From contig CAWDDT010000009.1 in the NCBI GenBank assembly GCA_963801165.1, positions 352,001 to 416,000 on the forward strand: DNA of 64,000 nucleotides, written 5' to 3'. Each line of letters starts with the position of its first letter. Position 1 is the stretch's first letter. Made by a program: the position numbers and the translations under genes. Source of the stretch: an uncultured bacterium (GTDB taxonomy: Bacteria; Actinomycetota; Acidimicrobiia; Spongiisociales; UBA5794). Shown in pieces: positions 1 to 9,527 of this stretch. The notes under the pieces are model-generated. The model had not been told where the DNA came from and did no database searches. It saw nothing but the letters and a program-made list of their open reading frames with translations.

Positions 1-157
1 AGATCGCATACACGCCACGATCGATGTCGCTGAAGAGGTTGACCGCGCTCAACCCTGCGGCGAAGGTTGCCAGAGAAGCAAAGGCGGCATCGGCGACGCC
101 GGCAGGGAGGCGCCTATGCGTCCCGTTCGGTGCGTTGGTGTCGGTGCCGTCGTCCAA
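1..157 (-). CDS. N-terminal part of a membrane protein, possibly flippase/MATE-like; runs off the window edge
   Basis: Minus-strand frame from TTG at 157 reads MDDGTDTNAPNGTHRRLPAGVADAAFASLATFAAGLSAVNLFSDIDRGVYAI with no stop; GGGGA lies just upstream; hydrophobic segment resembles the first helix of Wzx-like proteins. Confidence 0.4.
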   Translation of the reverse strand, partial: MDDGTDTNAPNGTHRRLPAGVADAAFASLATFAAGLSAVNLFSDIDRGVYAI

Positions 158-256
158 GTGTCCCCGGTTGAGCTGAGGACACGCATCGTATCGGCTGTGG
201 GTGTCTCGGGCAGCGATGCTGCTGCATCGTCGGCTGTCGACGGCTGGCCGCGGGGG

Positions 257-1210
257 TCACCTGGCGGCGGGCAACGCTGCGATGAGTCGGTGTGAGGTCG
301 CTCGCAGATGGTCGACCAATTCTTCGGGCTCATCGACCCGGAAGCCGACACCGAACCAGAGGATGCTGATCGCCATCCAATCCAACGAGTCTCCCCGCAG
401 CCGCAGCAGGCTGTGGTCGTGGTCGATCGGCTCGACTGTGGCGTCACCGGGAGGCATGCGGCGCGTGACATAGGGAGCCGGAGCGTCGAGGGTGACCAGT
501 GCTTCGTAGCGAGCGGGCAGGCTGTTCTCGACGTACGCGACCGCGTCGCCTCCCGGGATCGGGCGCGGACGGAAAATGCGCCCGGTGGTTCGTGGGGTGC
601 TCATGCGGTCCAGCCGGAAGGTGCGCCAGCCAGCGCGGTCGCTGTCGAATCCCAGCAGATACCAGCGGTGGTACAGCGCCAGCACTCTGTGTGGCTCGAC
701 GTGGCGTTCTCGAGTGGCCCCCTCCCGTGTCCTGTACGCGAAGCGAACACGTTCGTTGTCGCGGCAAGCTTGGGCGAGTACGGCGAGTGTGTCGCCGTCC
801 ACCTTGATCCACGGTCGTGCCTGGGCCGTGACCGCGGTGTGCCACACCGCCACCCGGCGCCGGACCCGGGTGGGCAGCACCTGTTCCAGCTTGGCGAGAG
901 CACGCAGCGACGTCTCTTCGATTCCGCGGATCGTCCCACCCGCCGCAGTGAGGAGACCGATTGCGATGGCCGCGGTCTCCTCCTCGTCGAGAAGCAGCGG
1001 TGGTATTTCGACGCCCGCCTCGAGCCGGTAGCCACCGTGCCGGCCACGTCTCGCCACCACCGAGTACCCGAGATCGCGCAGGCGATCGATGTCACGCCGC
1101 AACGTGCGCTCGCTCACCCCGAGCCGTCCCAGCAACTCTTCTCCGCTCCAGGATCGTTTCGTCTGCAGCAAACCCAGAAGATCGAGCACTCGTGCGGTCG
1201 TGTCGGACAT
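257..1210 (-). CDS. YafY-family HTH-WYL-WCX transcriptional regulator
   Basis: N-terminal wHTH (LGVSERTLRRDIDRLRDLGY..GGYRL); WYL domain (RWYLLGFD..WRTFRLDRM); divergent from a VOC gene. Confidence 0.93.
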   Translation of the reverse strand: MSDTTARVLDLLGLLQTKRSWSGEELLGRLGVSERTLRRDIDRLRDLGYSVVARRGRHGGYRLEAGVEIPPLLLDEEETAAIAIGLLTAAGGTIRGIEETSLRALAKLEQVLPTRVRRRVAVWHTAVTAQARPWIKVDGDTLAVLAQACRDNERVRFAYRTREGATRERHVEPHRVLALYHRWYLLGFDSDRAGWRTFRLDRMSTPRTTGRIFRPRPIPGGDAVAYVENSLPARYEALVTLDAPAPYVTRRMPPGDATVEPIDHDHSLLRLRGDSLDWMAISILWFGVGFRVDEPEELVDHLRATSHRLIAALPAAR

Positions 1211-1319
1211 TGTCCGAGGTTAGTCCGCATTCCGGTCAAAAACTGTCATGAATGTGTCATAGCCTGACGGTTGAGCGGCCGGGCGTAGGACCCGGGCGCA
1301 CACGAGAGAGGAACGCACG

Positions 1320-1739
1320 ATGAAGGACGCATCACCACTGCGTGGTCTGAGCACGATCAGCTATTTCGCTGCCGAGTTCGAAGCTGCCGTTGAGTGGTAC
1401 TCGGAGTTCGTCGGTAGCCGGCCATACTTCGAGCGCCCGGGCTATGTCGAGTTCAGGCTGGGCGATTTCCAGCAGGAGCTGGGCATCATCGACAGCCGCT
1501 ACGTTCCGGGGAGGCAGAGCGACGAACAGCGTGCCGGAGTCGTGGTTTACTGGCACGTTGACGACGTTGCCGCACAGGTGGATCGTGCGGTTGGAATGGG
1601 TGCGCAGGAGTTGGAGCCGATGCAGGACCGCGGCCACGGGTTCATCACCGCGACGGTTGTGGACCCTTTTGGCAACATCCTCGGTTTCATGTACAACCCC
1701 CACTATCTGGAGGTACTGGCCGAACTCCGCCCCGCATGA
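1320..1739 (+). CDS. VOC/glyoxalase family protein
   Basis: AVEWYSEFVG, VVYWHVDDV, VVDPFGNILG motifs; GAGAGGA RBS. Confidence 0.9.
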   Translation: MKDASPLRGLSTISYFAAEFEAAVEWYSEFVGSRPYFERPGYVEFRLGDFQQELGIIDSRYVPGRQSDEQRAGVVVYWHVDDVAAQVDRAVGMGAQELEPMQDRGHGFITATVVDPFGNILGFMYNPHYLEVLAELRPA

Positions 1740-1879
1740 GCGATATCGGCCGCCGGACCGTGTTATCGAGCATTCGACGTCGTGCCGTGCTGGACACCGG
1801 GTGGTGTGAACGCTGCGCGGCCGCGCTCTGGCGTCGGAGACCGGAACATATTCCGGTCTCCGACGCAAGAAGCGTCGGG

Positions 1880-3070
1880 TCAGTGGTTTGCCGAACGCCA
1901 GGCGGTGCGCAGCTTGGTCTTCTTGCCGGTTTGCAGGATGGCACCGCGGTAGATGCGGCCACCCAGTCGCACCAGCAGGATCGTCGTAGCCACGATCAGG
2001 GCGATCGCCACCGCCACCTCCCAAACCGGCACGTCGCCTGCGGTCGATCGGGTGGCCATCACCATTGGCGACCAGATCGGTATGAACGAGGCGATCCGGG
2101 CCAGAGTCGCGTCCGGTTCGAGCAACGCCATCTGTCCCAGGAAGAAGCCGGGCAAGATCATCAGCACCGGCAGCATCGCGACACCCTGCATGTCCTCCTG
2201 ACGCGAGATAGTCGATCCCAGTGCCCCGTACATGAAGCTGTAGAAGGCGTAGCCGAGCAGGTACCAGAGCACCAGAGACCCCAGCAGCGGGAGACCGATC
2301 CCGGAGAAGTCGAGGTTCGCCAGGTGAGCAGTCGACACGGTGAACACCAGCGCCGCCCCGACAGCCACAACCTGGATCAGCCCGAGTAGGCCGATGCCGA
2401 GCACCTTGCCGGTGAGTACCTCGGTCGGCTTCACCCGGGACAGGACCACCTCGACGACTCTGCTCTGTTTCTCCTCCATCACTCCCATCATCACGAACTG
2501 GCCGAAGATGAGAATCGAGATGTACAGCAGCATCAGGGCTACGAACGCGGCCAGTTGCCTCGCGTTGTCCTTTTCCGAGTTGGCCGGCTCGAGGGTGCGC
2601 TCGGTGTACTGCACCGGGGCCAGGAGCGAGCCCACCTCGGAAGCAGAAAGGCCCATCTCGGCCGCATTGATCTGACGCTGGGCAGTCGCGATTCCGCCGC
2701 TTACTACAGCCGCGAGCTGTGGCGCGGCCTCCTTGTCGAATACGAGTTCCGATGTCCCGTTGACCACCATGGCGACGTCACCGTCGCTGAGCGCCGTTTC
2801 CGCGGAAGCAAGGTCGGGGAGATGCCGGAGCTCGATGTCGACGTTGAGCAGCCCGGCCTGCTGCTGGATCGCCTGATCAGATCCGGCCGGCTGGTCGCCG
2901 ACGAGGGCGATGACGCTGATCTCGTCGCCGCCCGAGGCTGCTGCGATGATCGGACCGGCGATCAGCACGAGCCCGACTATCAGCAACATCGAGAAGACAA
3001 AGGCTTTGCTCCGAAGCCTCTGGGTGAAGTCTCGCTTTGCCAGCTGCAAGATTCTCTGTATCGAGTTCAT
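1880..3070 (-). CDS. ABC-2 type transporter permease (NatB/YhaP-like)
   Basis: Multi-TM protein with GVMEEKQSRVVEVVLS and GKVLG motifs; overlaps the ATPase stop. Confidence 0.9.
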   Translation of the reverse strand: MNSIQRILQLAKRDFTQRLRSKAFVFSMLLIVGLVLIAGPIIAAASGGDEISVIALVGDQPAGSDQAIQQQAGLLNVDIELRHLPDLASAETALSDGDVAMVVNGTSELVFDKEAAPQLAAVVSGGIATAQRQINAAEMGLSASEVGSLLAPVQYTERTLEPANSEKDNARQLAAFVALMLLYISILIFGQFVMMGVMEEKQSRVVEVVLSRVKPTEVLTGKVLGIGLLGLIQVVAVGAALVFTVSTAHLANLDFSGIGLPLLGSLVLWYLLGYAFYSFMYGALGSTISRQEDMQGVAMLPVLMILPGFFLGQMALLEPDATLARIASFIPIWSPMVMATRSTAGDVPVWEVAVAIALIVATTILLVRLGGRIYRGAILQTGKKTKLRTAWRSANH

Positions 3071-3948
3071 CGCCGTACCGCCTCTCGAAACAGGTCGGTC
3101 AGGTGGGGTGGCTCGAACGAGAATCGGGTGACCTCACCGTCCCGCGCCGCCTGGTCCAGGATGGGGCCGATGTTGGCCTTGCGACCGAGCACGTAGCGAT
3201 GACGCCCGTTGCCTGCAGAAGAGGCGACACCGGTGAGCTCCTTTGTCCAGGGTATGCCGTCGACGTCGACCTCGAGGTAGCGGGTCGGTGAGGAGCGCTG
3301 GAGCTCCGTTACCTCGCCTTTGAGCACAGAGTGGCCATGATCGATGATCACAACGTCCTGGCACACGTCGGCGACCAGGTCGAGCTGGTGGCTGGAGAAC
3401 ACGATGCCGGTGCCCTTCGCCGACAGATGGCGCAGGACATCGGCCATCGTGTCGACACCGATCGGGTCGAGACCGGCGAATGGCTCGTCGAGAACGGCAA
3501 CGACCGGATCGTGGACCAGGGCGGCCGCCAGCTGCACCCGCTGCTGATTTCCATGCGAGAGCTCTTCGAGTTTGGAATCGAGCCTGTCACCGAGATCGAG
3601 GTCTCTGAGCCACCGCTCGGCGGCGCCTCTCGCATCCTTGGCCGCCAACCCCGACAGCCTGGCGAAGTGGGTGATCTGGTCGCCGATCTTCATCTTGGGA
3701 TAAAGACCGCGTTCTTCGGGCATGTAGCCGAACGTGAGCCTGGTGGGCTCGTCTATGGCTTTGTTGTTCCAGGTCACGCTGCCCGAGTCGGGGGTGACCA
3801 GCCCGAAGACACAACGCATCGCAGTGGTCTTGCCGGCGCCGTTCGGGCCGAGGAACCCGACTATGCGACCGGGTTGGGCGCCGAAACTCAGCCCGTCGAG
3901 CGCGGTCACGTCGTCAAAGCGCTTGTGTAGTGATTCGAACGCCAGCAT
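3067..3948 (-). CDS. ABC transporter ATP-binding protein (NatA/YhaQ-like)
   Basis: Walker A GPNGAGKTT, signature LSHGNQQR, Walker B VLDEP; real start is likely ATG 3948 (MLAFESL) with GGAGG upstream, not the long ORF start at 4716. Confidence 0.93.
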   Translation of the reverse strand: MLAFESLHKRFDDVTALDGLSFGAQPGRIVGFLGPNGAGKTTAMRCVFGLVTPDSGSVTWNNKAIDEPTRLTFGYMPEERGLYPKMKIGDQITHFARLSGLAAKDARGAAERWLRDLDLGDRLDSKLEELSHGNQQRVQLAAALVHDPVVAVLDEPFAGLDPIGVDTMADVLRHLSAKGTGIVFSSHQLDLVADVCQDVVIIDHGHSVLKGEVTELQRSSPTRYLEVDVDGIPWTKELTGVASSAGNGRHRYVLGRKANIGPILDQAARDGEVTRFSFEPPHLTDLFREAVRR

Positions 3949-4039
3949 GGCTTGCCTCCAGTGGGGTAGTTCAGCGTCGCAGCCAAGCCGCCGCAAATTC
4001 CCGGACCGACATATCCACCCTAGGCGGCCAAAAAGACGC

Positions 4040-4070
4040 TTGACCCTTACGTAACGTGAGGCTTTAGGGT
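4040..4070 (+). promoter_or_regulatory. MerR-type promoter and TipA operator
   Basis: TTGACC(4040-4045)-19 bp-TAGGGT(4065-4070) with dyad CCTTACGT-A-ACGTGAGG; ATG follows 7 nt later (leaderless geometry). Confidence 0.85.
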
Positions 4071-4077
4071 AGGGCTC

Positions 4078-4833
4078 ATGAGTGAGCTGACAGTGGGATC
4101 GCTTGCCCGTCTCGCCGGTGTGACGGTGAGGACGTTGCACCACTACCACGACATCGGTCTGGTGGTGCCGGCAGGACGAACCGAATCCGGATACCGGACC
4201 TATGGACCGCCCGAAGTGGAGCGCCTCCAGGAGGTGTTGTTCTTCCGCGAGCTCGGGTTTCCCCTCGAGGCGATACGTGACGTCGTGGGGCGGCAGGAGT
4301 ACACCCGGGCGGCGGCGCTCCGGCGCCAGCGTGAGCTGCTCGAGGCTCGCGCCGAGCACGTGATCGACATGATCGACGCTGTCGACCGGGCCATCGCAGC
4401 CGAACGAACAGGAGTGACAATGACAAACGAAGAGATGCTCGAAGTCTTTGGCGACTTCGACCCGGCACAATACGAAGAAGAGACGAAGGAACGCTGGGGC
4501 GACACCGACGCTTACAAGGAGTCGGCCAGGCGCGTCTCCCGTTACACCAAGGACGACTGGAAGGCCATGCAGGCGGACGCCGATGCAATCAACCAGGATT
4601 TCCTGAAGCTGATGGCGGCCGGCATTCCCGCCGGAGACCCGGCAGCTATGGACCTTGCCGAGCGGCACCGGCTCCACATCACCAGGTGGTTTTACGACTG
4701 CACGAAGGAGATCCACGCCGGGCTCGGTCAGATGTACGTGGCCGACGTCAGGTTCAAGGAGAACATCGACAAGGCGGGTGACGGCCTGGCCGAGTTCCTG
4801 TCAGCAGCAATCGCCGCTAATGCCGTGAGGTAG
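4078..4833 (+). CDS. tipA: MerR-family regulator with TipAS antibiotic-recognition domain
   Basis: MerR HTH (GVTVRTLHHY..GYRTY); C-terminal EVFGDFDP..EERWGDTDAY..MYVADVRF matches TipAS. Confidence 0.9.
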   Translation: MSELTVGSLARLAGVTVRTLHHYHDIGLVVPAGRTESGYRTYGPPEVERLQEVLFFRELGFPLEAIRDVVGRQEYTRAAALRRQRELLEARAEHVIDMIDAVDRAIAAERTGVTMTNEEMLEVFGDFDPAQYEEETKERWGDTDAYKESARRVSRYTKDDWKAMQADADAINQDFLKLMAAGIPAGDPAAMDLAERHRLHITRWFYDCTKEIHAGLGQMYVADVRFKENIDKAGDGLAEFLSAAIAANAVR

Positions 4834-4851
4834 CGTTGTAGCCTGGCGGGG

Positions 4852-5580
4852 ATGCGCGTTCAGCTGTTCGTCACATGTCTGGTCAACAGCCTCTATCCCA
4901 ACGTGGGCAAGGCGACCGTCGCGCTGCTCGAGCGGGCGGGTTACCAGGTTGAGTTCCCCGTCGACCAGACGTGTTGTGGACAGCCGGCCTATAACGGAGG
5001 CTTCGATACCGAGGCACGGGCGCAAACGAAGCAGACTCTGGATGTGCTCGACGCAACCGAAGGGACGATCGTCGTCCCTTCCGGCTCGTGCGCTGCGATG
5101 CTCATTCACCACAGCCCCGAGTTGGTGGCCGACGACCCCAGGTACGGGCTGAAGGCAGAGCGGGTCGCGGCGCGCACCCGCGAGCTCACCCAGTTCCTCG
5201 TCGAGGACGCCGGATATGAGCCTGCAACGACCGATTGCGGCGGGTGCACTGCCACCTATCACGCTTCCTGTCACGCTCTGCGCGGGCTCGGTATCCGGGA
5301 ACAGCCGAAGGCACTTCTCGATGCCGCAGGGGTTGACCGCGTAGAGCTCGAGGGTGAGGACGAGTGCTGCGGGTTCGGCGGGCTGTTCTCGATCGAGGCT
5401 CCTGAGGTCTCGGGGGCGATGATGAACACCAAGATCGACAGGATCGAGGCGAGCGGCGCCGATGTCGTTGTCGGTGTCGACGTGAGCTGTCTGATGAACA
5501 TCGGTGGCGGGCTCCGGCGAAAGAACAGCTCGGTCATCACCAAGCACCTCGCCGAGATCCTTGCCGGAGACGTCGTATGA
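4852..5580 (+). CDS. lutA: L-lactate utilization protein A (CCG-domain Fe-S protein)
   Basis: LFVTCL, QTCCGQP, SGSC, YHASCH, ECCGFGG; first gene of lutABC. Confidence 0.9.
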   Translation: MRVQLFVTCLVNSLYPNVGKATVALLERAGYQVEFPVDQTCCGQPAYNGGFDTEARAQTKQTLDVLDATEGTIVVPSGSCAAMLIHHSPELVADDPRYGLKAERVAARTRELTQFLVEDAGYEPATTDCGGCTATYHASCHALRGLGIREQPKALLDAAGVDRVELEGEDECCGFGGLFSIEAPEVSGAMMNTKIDRIEASGADVVVGVDVSCLMNIGGGLRRKNSSVITKHLAEILAGDVV

Positions 5581-6956
5581 CGACCTTCAGGGAACGGATT
5601 CAGGGGGCCTTTGCCGAGGGTGTGCCGATCGCCATCGATACCGGCGCCAGGGGTCATTACGAGCACCGCCTCGAGGCGGCCGCAGCGTTTCCGCAGATGG
5701 AGGTGATGCGCGACCGGGCGCGCCGGATCCGCGCCGAGGTGATTGCCGACCTCGACGTTCATCTGCGCCGGTTCGCCGACTCGGTGATCCGCAACGGCGG
5801 CAGTGTGTTCTTCGCTGCCGACGCCGCCGAGGCCAACGAGTACATCGTCAATCTCGCCAGGGAGGAGGGAGTGACCCGAGCGGTGAAAGTCAAGTCGATG
5901 CTCACCGAGGAGATCCGCCTCAACGACGCCCTCGCTGCGGCGGGTGTCGAGGCCGTCGAGACCGACCTCGGCGAGTTCATCGTGCAGCTGGCTGGGGAGC
6001 GACCGTCGCACATAATCGCCCCGGTGCTGCACAAGGATCGGTATCAGATCGGCAAGCTGTTCGCCGAGAAACTCGGTGTCGATTACACCGATGATCCGGG
6101 CACGCTGAACGACATCGCCCGCACCTATCTTCGGAATCGCTTTCTCACGGCCGAGATGGGTATCAGCGGAGCCAACTTTGCGGTTGCCGAGGACGGGGCG
6201 ATTGCCCTGGTGACCAATGAGGGCAACGGCCGGCTATGTACGACGGTTCCCCGCATTCACGTAGCCGTCGTGGGCATGGAGCGGCTGGTCCGCGACCGGG
6301 AGGATCTGGCGGTGATGTTCGAGGTGTTGGCTCGGTCTGCGACCGGCCAGGCCCTGTCGACCTATACCAACATCGTCACCGGACCCCGCCGATCGGGCGA
6401 GCCCGACGGACCCGACCAGTTCCACGTTGTCATTGTTGATAACGGCCGCAGCGCCACGCTGGGTTCAGAGGTCGCCGAGATCCTCTACTGCATCCGCTGT
6501 GGCGCCTGTCTCAACGCCTGCCCCGTCTATCGGCATGTCGGCGGGCACGCCTACGGCTCGGTGTACCCCGGGCCGATCGGCAAGGTGCTCACCCCTTCGC
6601 TGTTCGGTCTCGAGGAGTGGCACGAGCTGCCGGCGACGTCGTCGCTGTGCGGAGCATGCCAGGAGGTGTGCCCGGTGCGCATCGACATCCCCAGCCTTCT
6701 CGTGGAGCTCCGCCGCCGCAGCACCGGGACGGTGCCGGCGGGGGTCCGGCGCGGTCTTGCCGCATACGCCGGGGTCACCACCCGGCCGTGGCTCTTCCGG
6801 CTCGTGACCCGTCTGGCGACGTGGGTCGGGAAGCTGTGGAGCCGCGACGGGTGGATGCGCCGGGTCCCGGTATTGCGAGGGTGGACGGAGGAACGTGACC
6901 TTCCCGCTCCTGCGCCGGAGACATTCCATGACTGGTGGAGGAAACGTGGAGCGTGA
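5577..6956 (+). CDS. lutB: L-lactate utilization Fe-S protein B
   Basis: KSMLTEE, ETDLGEFIVQL, NEGNGR, CIRCGACLNACPVY, SSLCGACQEVCPVRI. Confidence 0.95.
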   Translation: MTTFRERIQGAFAEGVPIAIDTGARGHYEHRLEAAAAFPQMEVMRDRARRIRAEVIADLDVHLRRFADSVIRNGGSVFFAADAAEANEYIVNLAREEGVTRAVKVKSMLTEEIRLNDALAAAGVEAVETDLGEFIVQLAGERPSHIIAPVLHKDRYQIGKLFAEKLGVDYTDDPGTLNDIARTYLRNRFLTAEMGISGANFAVAEDGAIALVTNEGNGRLCTTVPRIHVAVVGMERLVRDREDLAVMFEVLARSATGQALSTYTNIVTGPRRSGEPDGPDQFHVVIVDNGRSATLGSEVAEILYCIRCGACLNACPVYRHVGGHAYGSVYPGPIGKVLTPSLFGLEEWHELPATSSLCGACQEVCPVRIDIPSLLVELRRRSTGTVPAGVRRGLAAYAGVTTRPWLFRLVTRLATWVGKLWSRDGWMRRVPVLRGWTEERDLPAPAPETFHDWWRKRGA

Positions 6957-7590
6957 GCGGTTCCTCGGCCGGGTGCATGCCGCATTGCGGGGTGCGGTCT
7001 TGCCCGACGGCGAAGGTCCGTCGGCCGCACCGGAGATCCGCTTCGACAATCCGGTGGCCCGGTTTGTCGAGCAGGCGGAGGCCGTAGCTACCGTGGTGAC
7101 CCGGGCGGAGAGTTCGGAGCAGGTGCCCGACGTCATCGGCGCGGTCATCGGTGACGAGCGCAAATACGTGGGTTGGGATGACCTCGAGACGTTTGTCCCC
7201 GGTTGGGACGCGACCGCGACCGAGCGCGGCTGGGAACGGGTAGACGCGTCGGTCGGAGCTGGCTCACGAATGGCCGATCACGAGCGAGTTGGTGTCGTGA
7301 AGATCGGGATAACCGGCGCCGACGCCGCGATCGCGGCGACCGGTACGGTGGTGCTGGCCCACGGCCAGGGTCGTCCTCGGGCCGCATCGCTCCTGGTAGA
7401 GACACACGTGGTCCTAGTCCCGGTCGATCGGGTCGTCCACTCGCTGAGTGATGCGTTTATCGCCGTCAGCGGTGCCAACACTACGAACGTGGTCGCCATA
7501 ACGGGCCCGAGCCGAACCGGCGATATCGAATCGATCCTGACGCTCGGTGTCCATGGTCCTCGGCACCTCCACATCGTGCTGATCGGCTGA
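6946..7590 (+). CDS. lutC: L-lactate utilization protein C (LUD domain)
   Basis: IAATGTVVL, ITGPSRTGDIE..GVHGP; GTG 6946 preceded by GGAGGA. Confidence 0.9.
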   Translation: MERERFLGRVHAALRGAVLPDGEGPSAAPEIRFDNPVARFVEQAEAVATVVTRAESSEQVPDVIGAVIGDERKYVGWDDLETFVPGWDATATERGWERVDASVGAGSRMADHERVGVVKIGITGADAAIAATGTVVLAHGQGRPRAASLLVETHVVLVPVDRVVHSLSDAFIAVSGANTTNVVAITGPSRTGDIESILTLGVHGPRHLHIVLIG

Positions 7591-7595
7591 GGGAA

Positions 7596-8087
7596 TTACT
7601 CGCTCATCGCTGTTGTGATGAGGACGCCATCGGTGAGCTGGCCGAAGACCGTCTGCTGAGTATCCGTCCAGCTGACGTCGCCTTCGGTGGTCAGCGAGTC
7701 GGGATCGATCGCATCGAGGCCGTCGAGCGGGACCGAGTCACCGCCGCATTGAGGCGGATACGCCTCGGCGAGCGCGTCGCAGAGGCGTACCTCATCGCCG
7801 GTGGAGACGACGAAGCCTGTGACGGCGAGCACACCGGCAGCGTCGGTGCCAAGCGTCTCGGCGACGGTCAGCCGACCATTGACAGCCATGCCGTTGCCGG
7901 CTGACGTGTCTGCGCCGCCCGGCAGCTCTTGCGGTTTGTCGAACCCCGCGGTGTCGTTGCAGTCGGGCTCGCCTGCCAAGCAGGTCGATTCGAGTGGCTG
8001 ACTGCCACTGGCGGAGCCGTCGCCGCTCCCGCCACACGCCGCTAAAACTAACGCGATGGCACCGACCAAAACCATGAACCGTTTCAT
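7596..8087 (-). CDS. Uncharacterised lipoprotein
   Basis: Signal peptide with lipobox LAAC; acidic mature part with Cys pairs (LCDALAEAYPPQCGG). Confidence 0.75.
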   Translation of the reverse strand: MKRFMVLVGAIALVLAACGGSGDGSASGSQPLESTCLAGEPDCNDTAGFDKPQELPGGADTSAGNGMAVNGRLTVAETLGTDAAGVLAVTGFVVSTGDEVRLCDALAEAYPPQCGGDSVPLDGLDAIDPDSLTTEGDVSWTDTQQTVFGQLTDGVLITTAMSE

Positions 8088-8120
8088 GAGTCCTCTACTT
8101 TCGATCTACTTGTCTGGTGA

Positions 8121-8148
8121 GACGCAAGAGCACGTTCGGTTGGTTCCC
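8121..8148 (-). promoter_or_regulatory. ECF sigma-type promoter
   Basis: GGGAACC-N16-GCGTC upstream of the lipoprotein; same motif at 25639 (+) and 30701 (-). Confidence 0.7.
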
Positions 8149-8432
8149 GGCGCTCGTGTTCACAAATCTCGGGTGCGAATCGCGAATCGACAAACTAAGG
8201 TCATTCTTTGACAGCGGATGCGTCCGCTTCGCATGACACTTGTGTCCGGCAGCGCCGTGGAGCTCGAAGATTTGCTCCGGGTGGGCGTCGTAGATCAGTG
8301 AATCGTGCGTGTTAGGCGACCCCGGTCGCCAGGGCGTTTAGATGGGAAATCCCAATTCGCAGCTCCGTGAGTCGGAGGCACATCGTGCTCTCGACGGAAC
8401 ATCAGCTGAATAGGACAAGGGAAAGGGACAAT

Positions 8433-9455
8433 ATGATCGGGTTCAAGACCTGGCGACGGCTTGCGTTCGTCGTCATGGCGTTTGCGCTAATCATCGCAGC
8501 GTGCGGTGGAGACGATACGACGACAACCACCACCACGGCGGGCGATTCGGGCGGTACTACGACCAGCGCCGCGGCGTCTGGTGACAGCAGCAGCATGATG
8601 ATCGCCGACAACGTCGATTTGTCCGGCGTATCGGTGACGGTGGGCTCGAAGGACTTCACCGAGCAGCTCGTTCTCGGCGAGCTCATGGTTGAGGCTTTCA
8701 AGGCGGCCGGCGCCGACGTCACCGACAAGACCAACACCGGTGGCACTGCGGTTGCTCGGGAAGCCCTGCTCAATGGGGACATCGATGTGTACATGGAGTA
8801 CAACGGCACCGGGTGGACGCTTCACCTCGGTCAGGAGAACCCGAGCACCGACCCGAGCACACTCACCTCGGATGTGCGGGCCATGGACATGCAGGAGAAC
8901 AACATCCACTGGCTGGGCCAGTCACCGTTCAACGACACCTACGGGTTCGCTACCGGACCTGATATGACCGGTGCGAATGGTGGACCCTTCGATATGCAGG
9001 GAATGGCGGACTATCTCGCAGCGAATCCCGATGCCACGGTGTGCATGGAGTCCGAGTTCCCCAGCCGTCCCGATGGCCTCATCCTCTTCGAGGATGCCAC
9101 GGGCTACACGGTGCCCGACTCCCAGACCAACATCCTCGACACAAACGTCATCTACAACGAGACGGCAAACGGCAACTGCGACTTTGGTGAGATCTTCACC
9201 ACCGACGGCAGGATCCCGTTCCTCGAGCTGTCCATCGTTCAGGATCCCGGCATCATGATTCTCTACAACGTCTCGCTCACTATGCGCGACGAGACCTATC
9301 AGCAGGCGCCGGACCAGTGGGACAAGATGGCCGACATGCTGCTCGAGGGCCTCGACAACGCCACCATGGCAGAGCTGAACAAGCGTGTCTCTGTCGACGG
9401 GGAAGATCCCGGAGCCGTGGCCCGCGACTACCTCACGTCAGCCGGACTCATGTGA
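8433..9455 (+). CDS. Osmoprotectant (glycine betaine/choline) ABC substrate-binding lipoprotein
   Basis: Lipobox IAAC, Thr-rich linker, VGSKDFTEQ, DVYMEYNGT, FNDTYGF, FTTDGRI (OpuAC/OsmX family). Confidence 0.92.
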   Translation: MIGFKTWRRLAFVVMAFALIIAACGGDDTTTTTTTAGDSGGTTTSAAASGDSSSMMIADNVDLSGVSVTVGSKDFTEQLVLGELMVEAFKAAGADVTDKTNTGGTAVAREALLNGDIDVYMEYNGTGWTLHLGQENPSTDPSTLTSDVRAMDMQENNIHWLGQSPFNDTYGFATGPDMTGANGGPFDMQGMADYLAANPDATVCMESEFPSRPDGLILFEDATGYTVPDSQTNILDTNVIYNETANGNCDFGEIFTTDGRIPFLELSIVQDPGIMILYNVSLTMRDETYQQAPDQWDKMADMLLEGLDNATMAELNKRVSVDGEDPGAVARDYLTSAGLM

Positions 9456-9473
9456 GATCGACAAATTGCTGGA

Positions 9474-9499
9474 GGACCGGGGCGATCCGCCCCGGTCCC
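9474..9499 (+). terminator. Intergenic hairpin after the substrate-binding gene
   Basis: GGACCGGGGCG-ATC-CGCCCCGGTCC inverted repeat; no U-tract, so it may be an mRNA-stabilising hairpin. Confidence 0.5.
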
Positions 9500-9527
9500 C
9501 GGCAAGTGCGAAAGGAGCGGATCGATA

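Noticed and set aside
743-754. CGAAC-AC-GTTCG LexA-like motif
   Set aside because: Spacer is 2 nt instead of 4 and it lies inside a CDS
3949-4716. N-terminal extension of the 549-aa ABC ATPase ORF
   Set aside because: Antisense to tipA; the ATPase domain starts at 3948 with its own RBS
8240-8400. c-di-AMP (ydaO) riboswitch
   Set aside because: The GGGGGAACC and CCCGxCAGCTAAC hallmarks are absent; kept only as an unclassified leader
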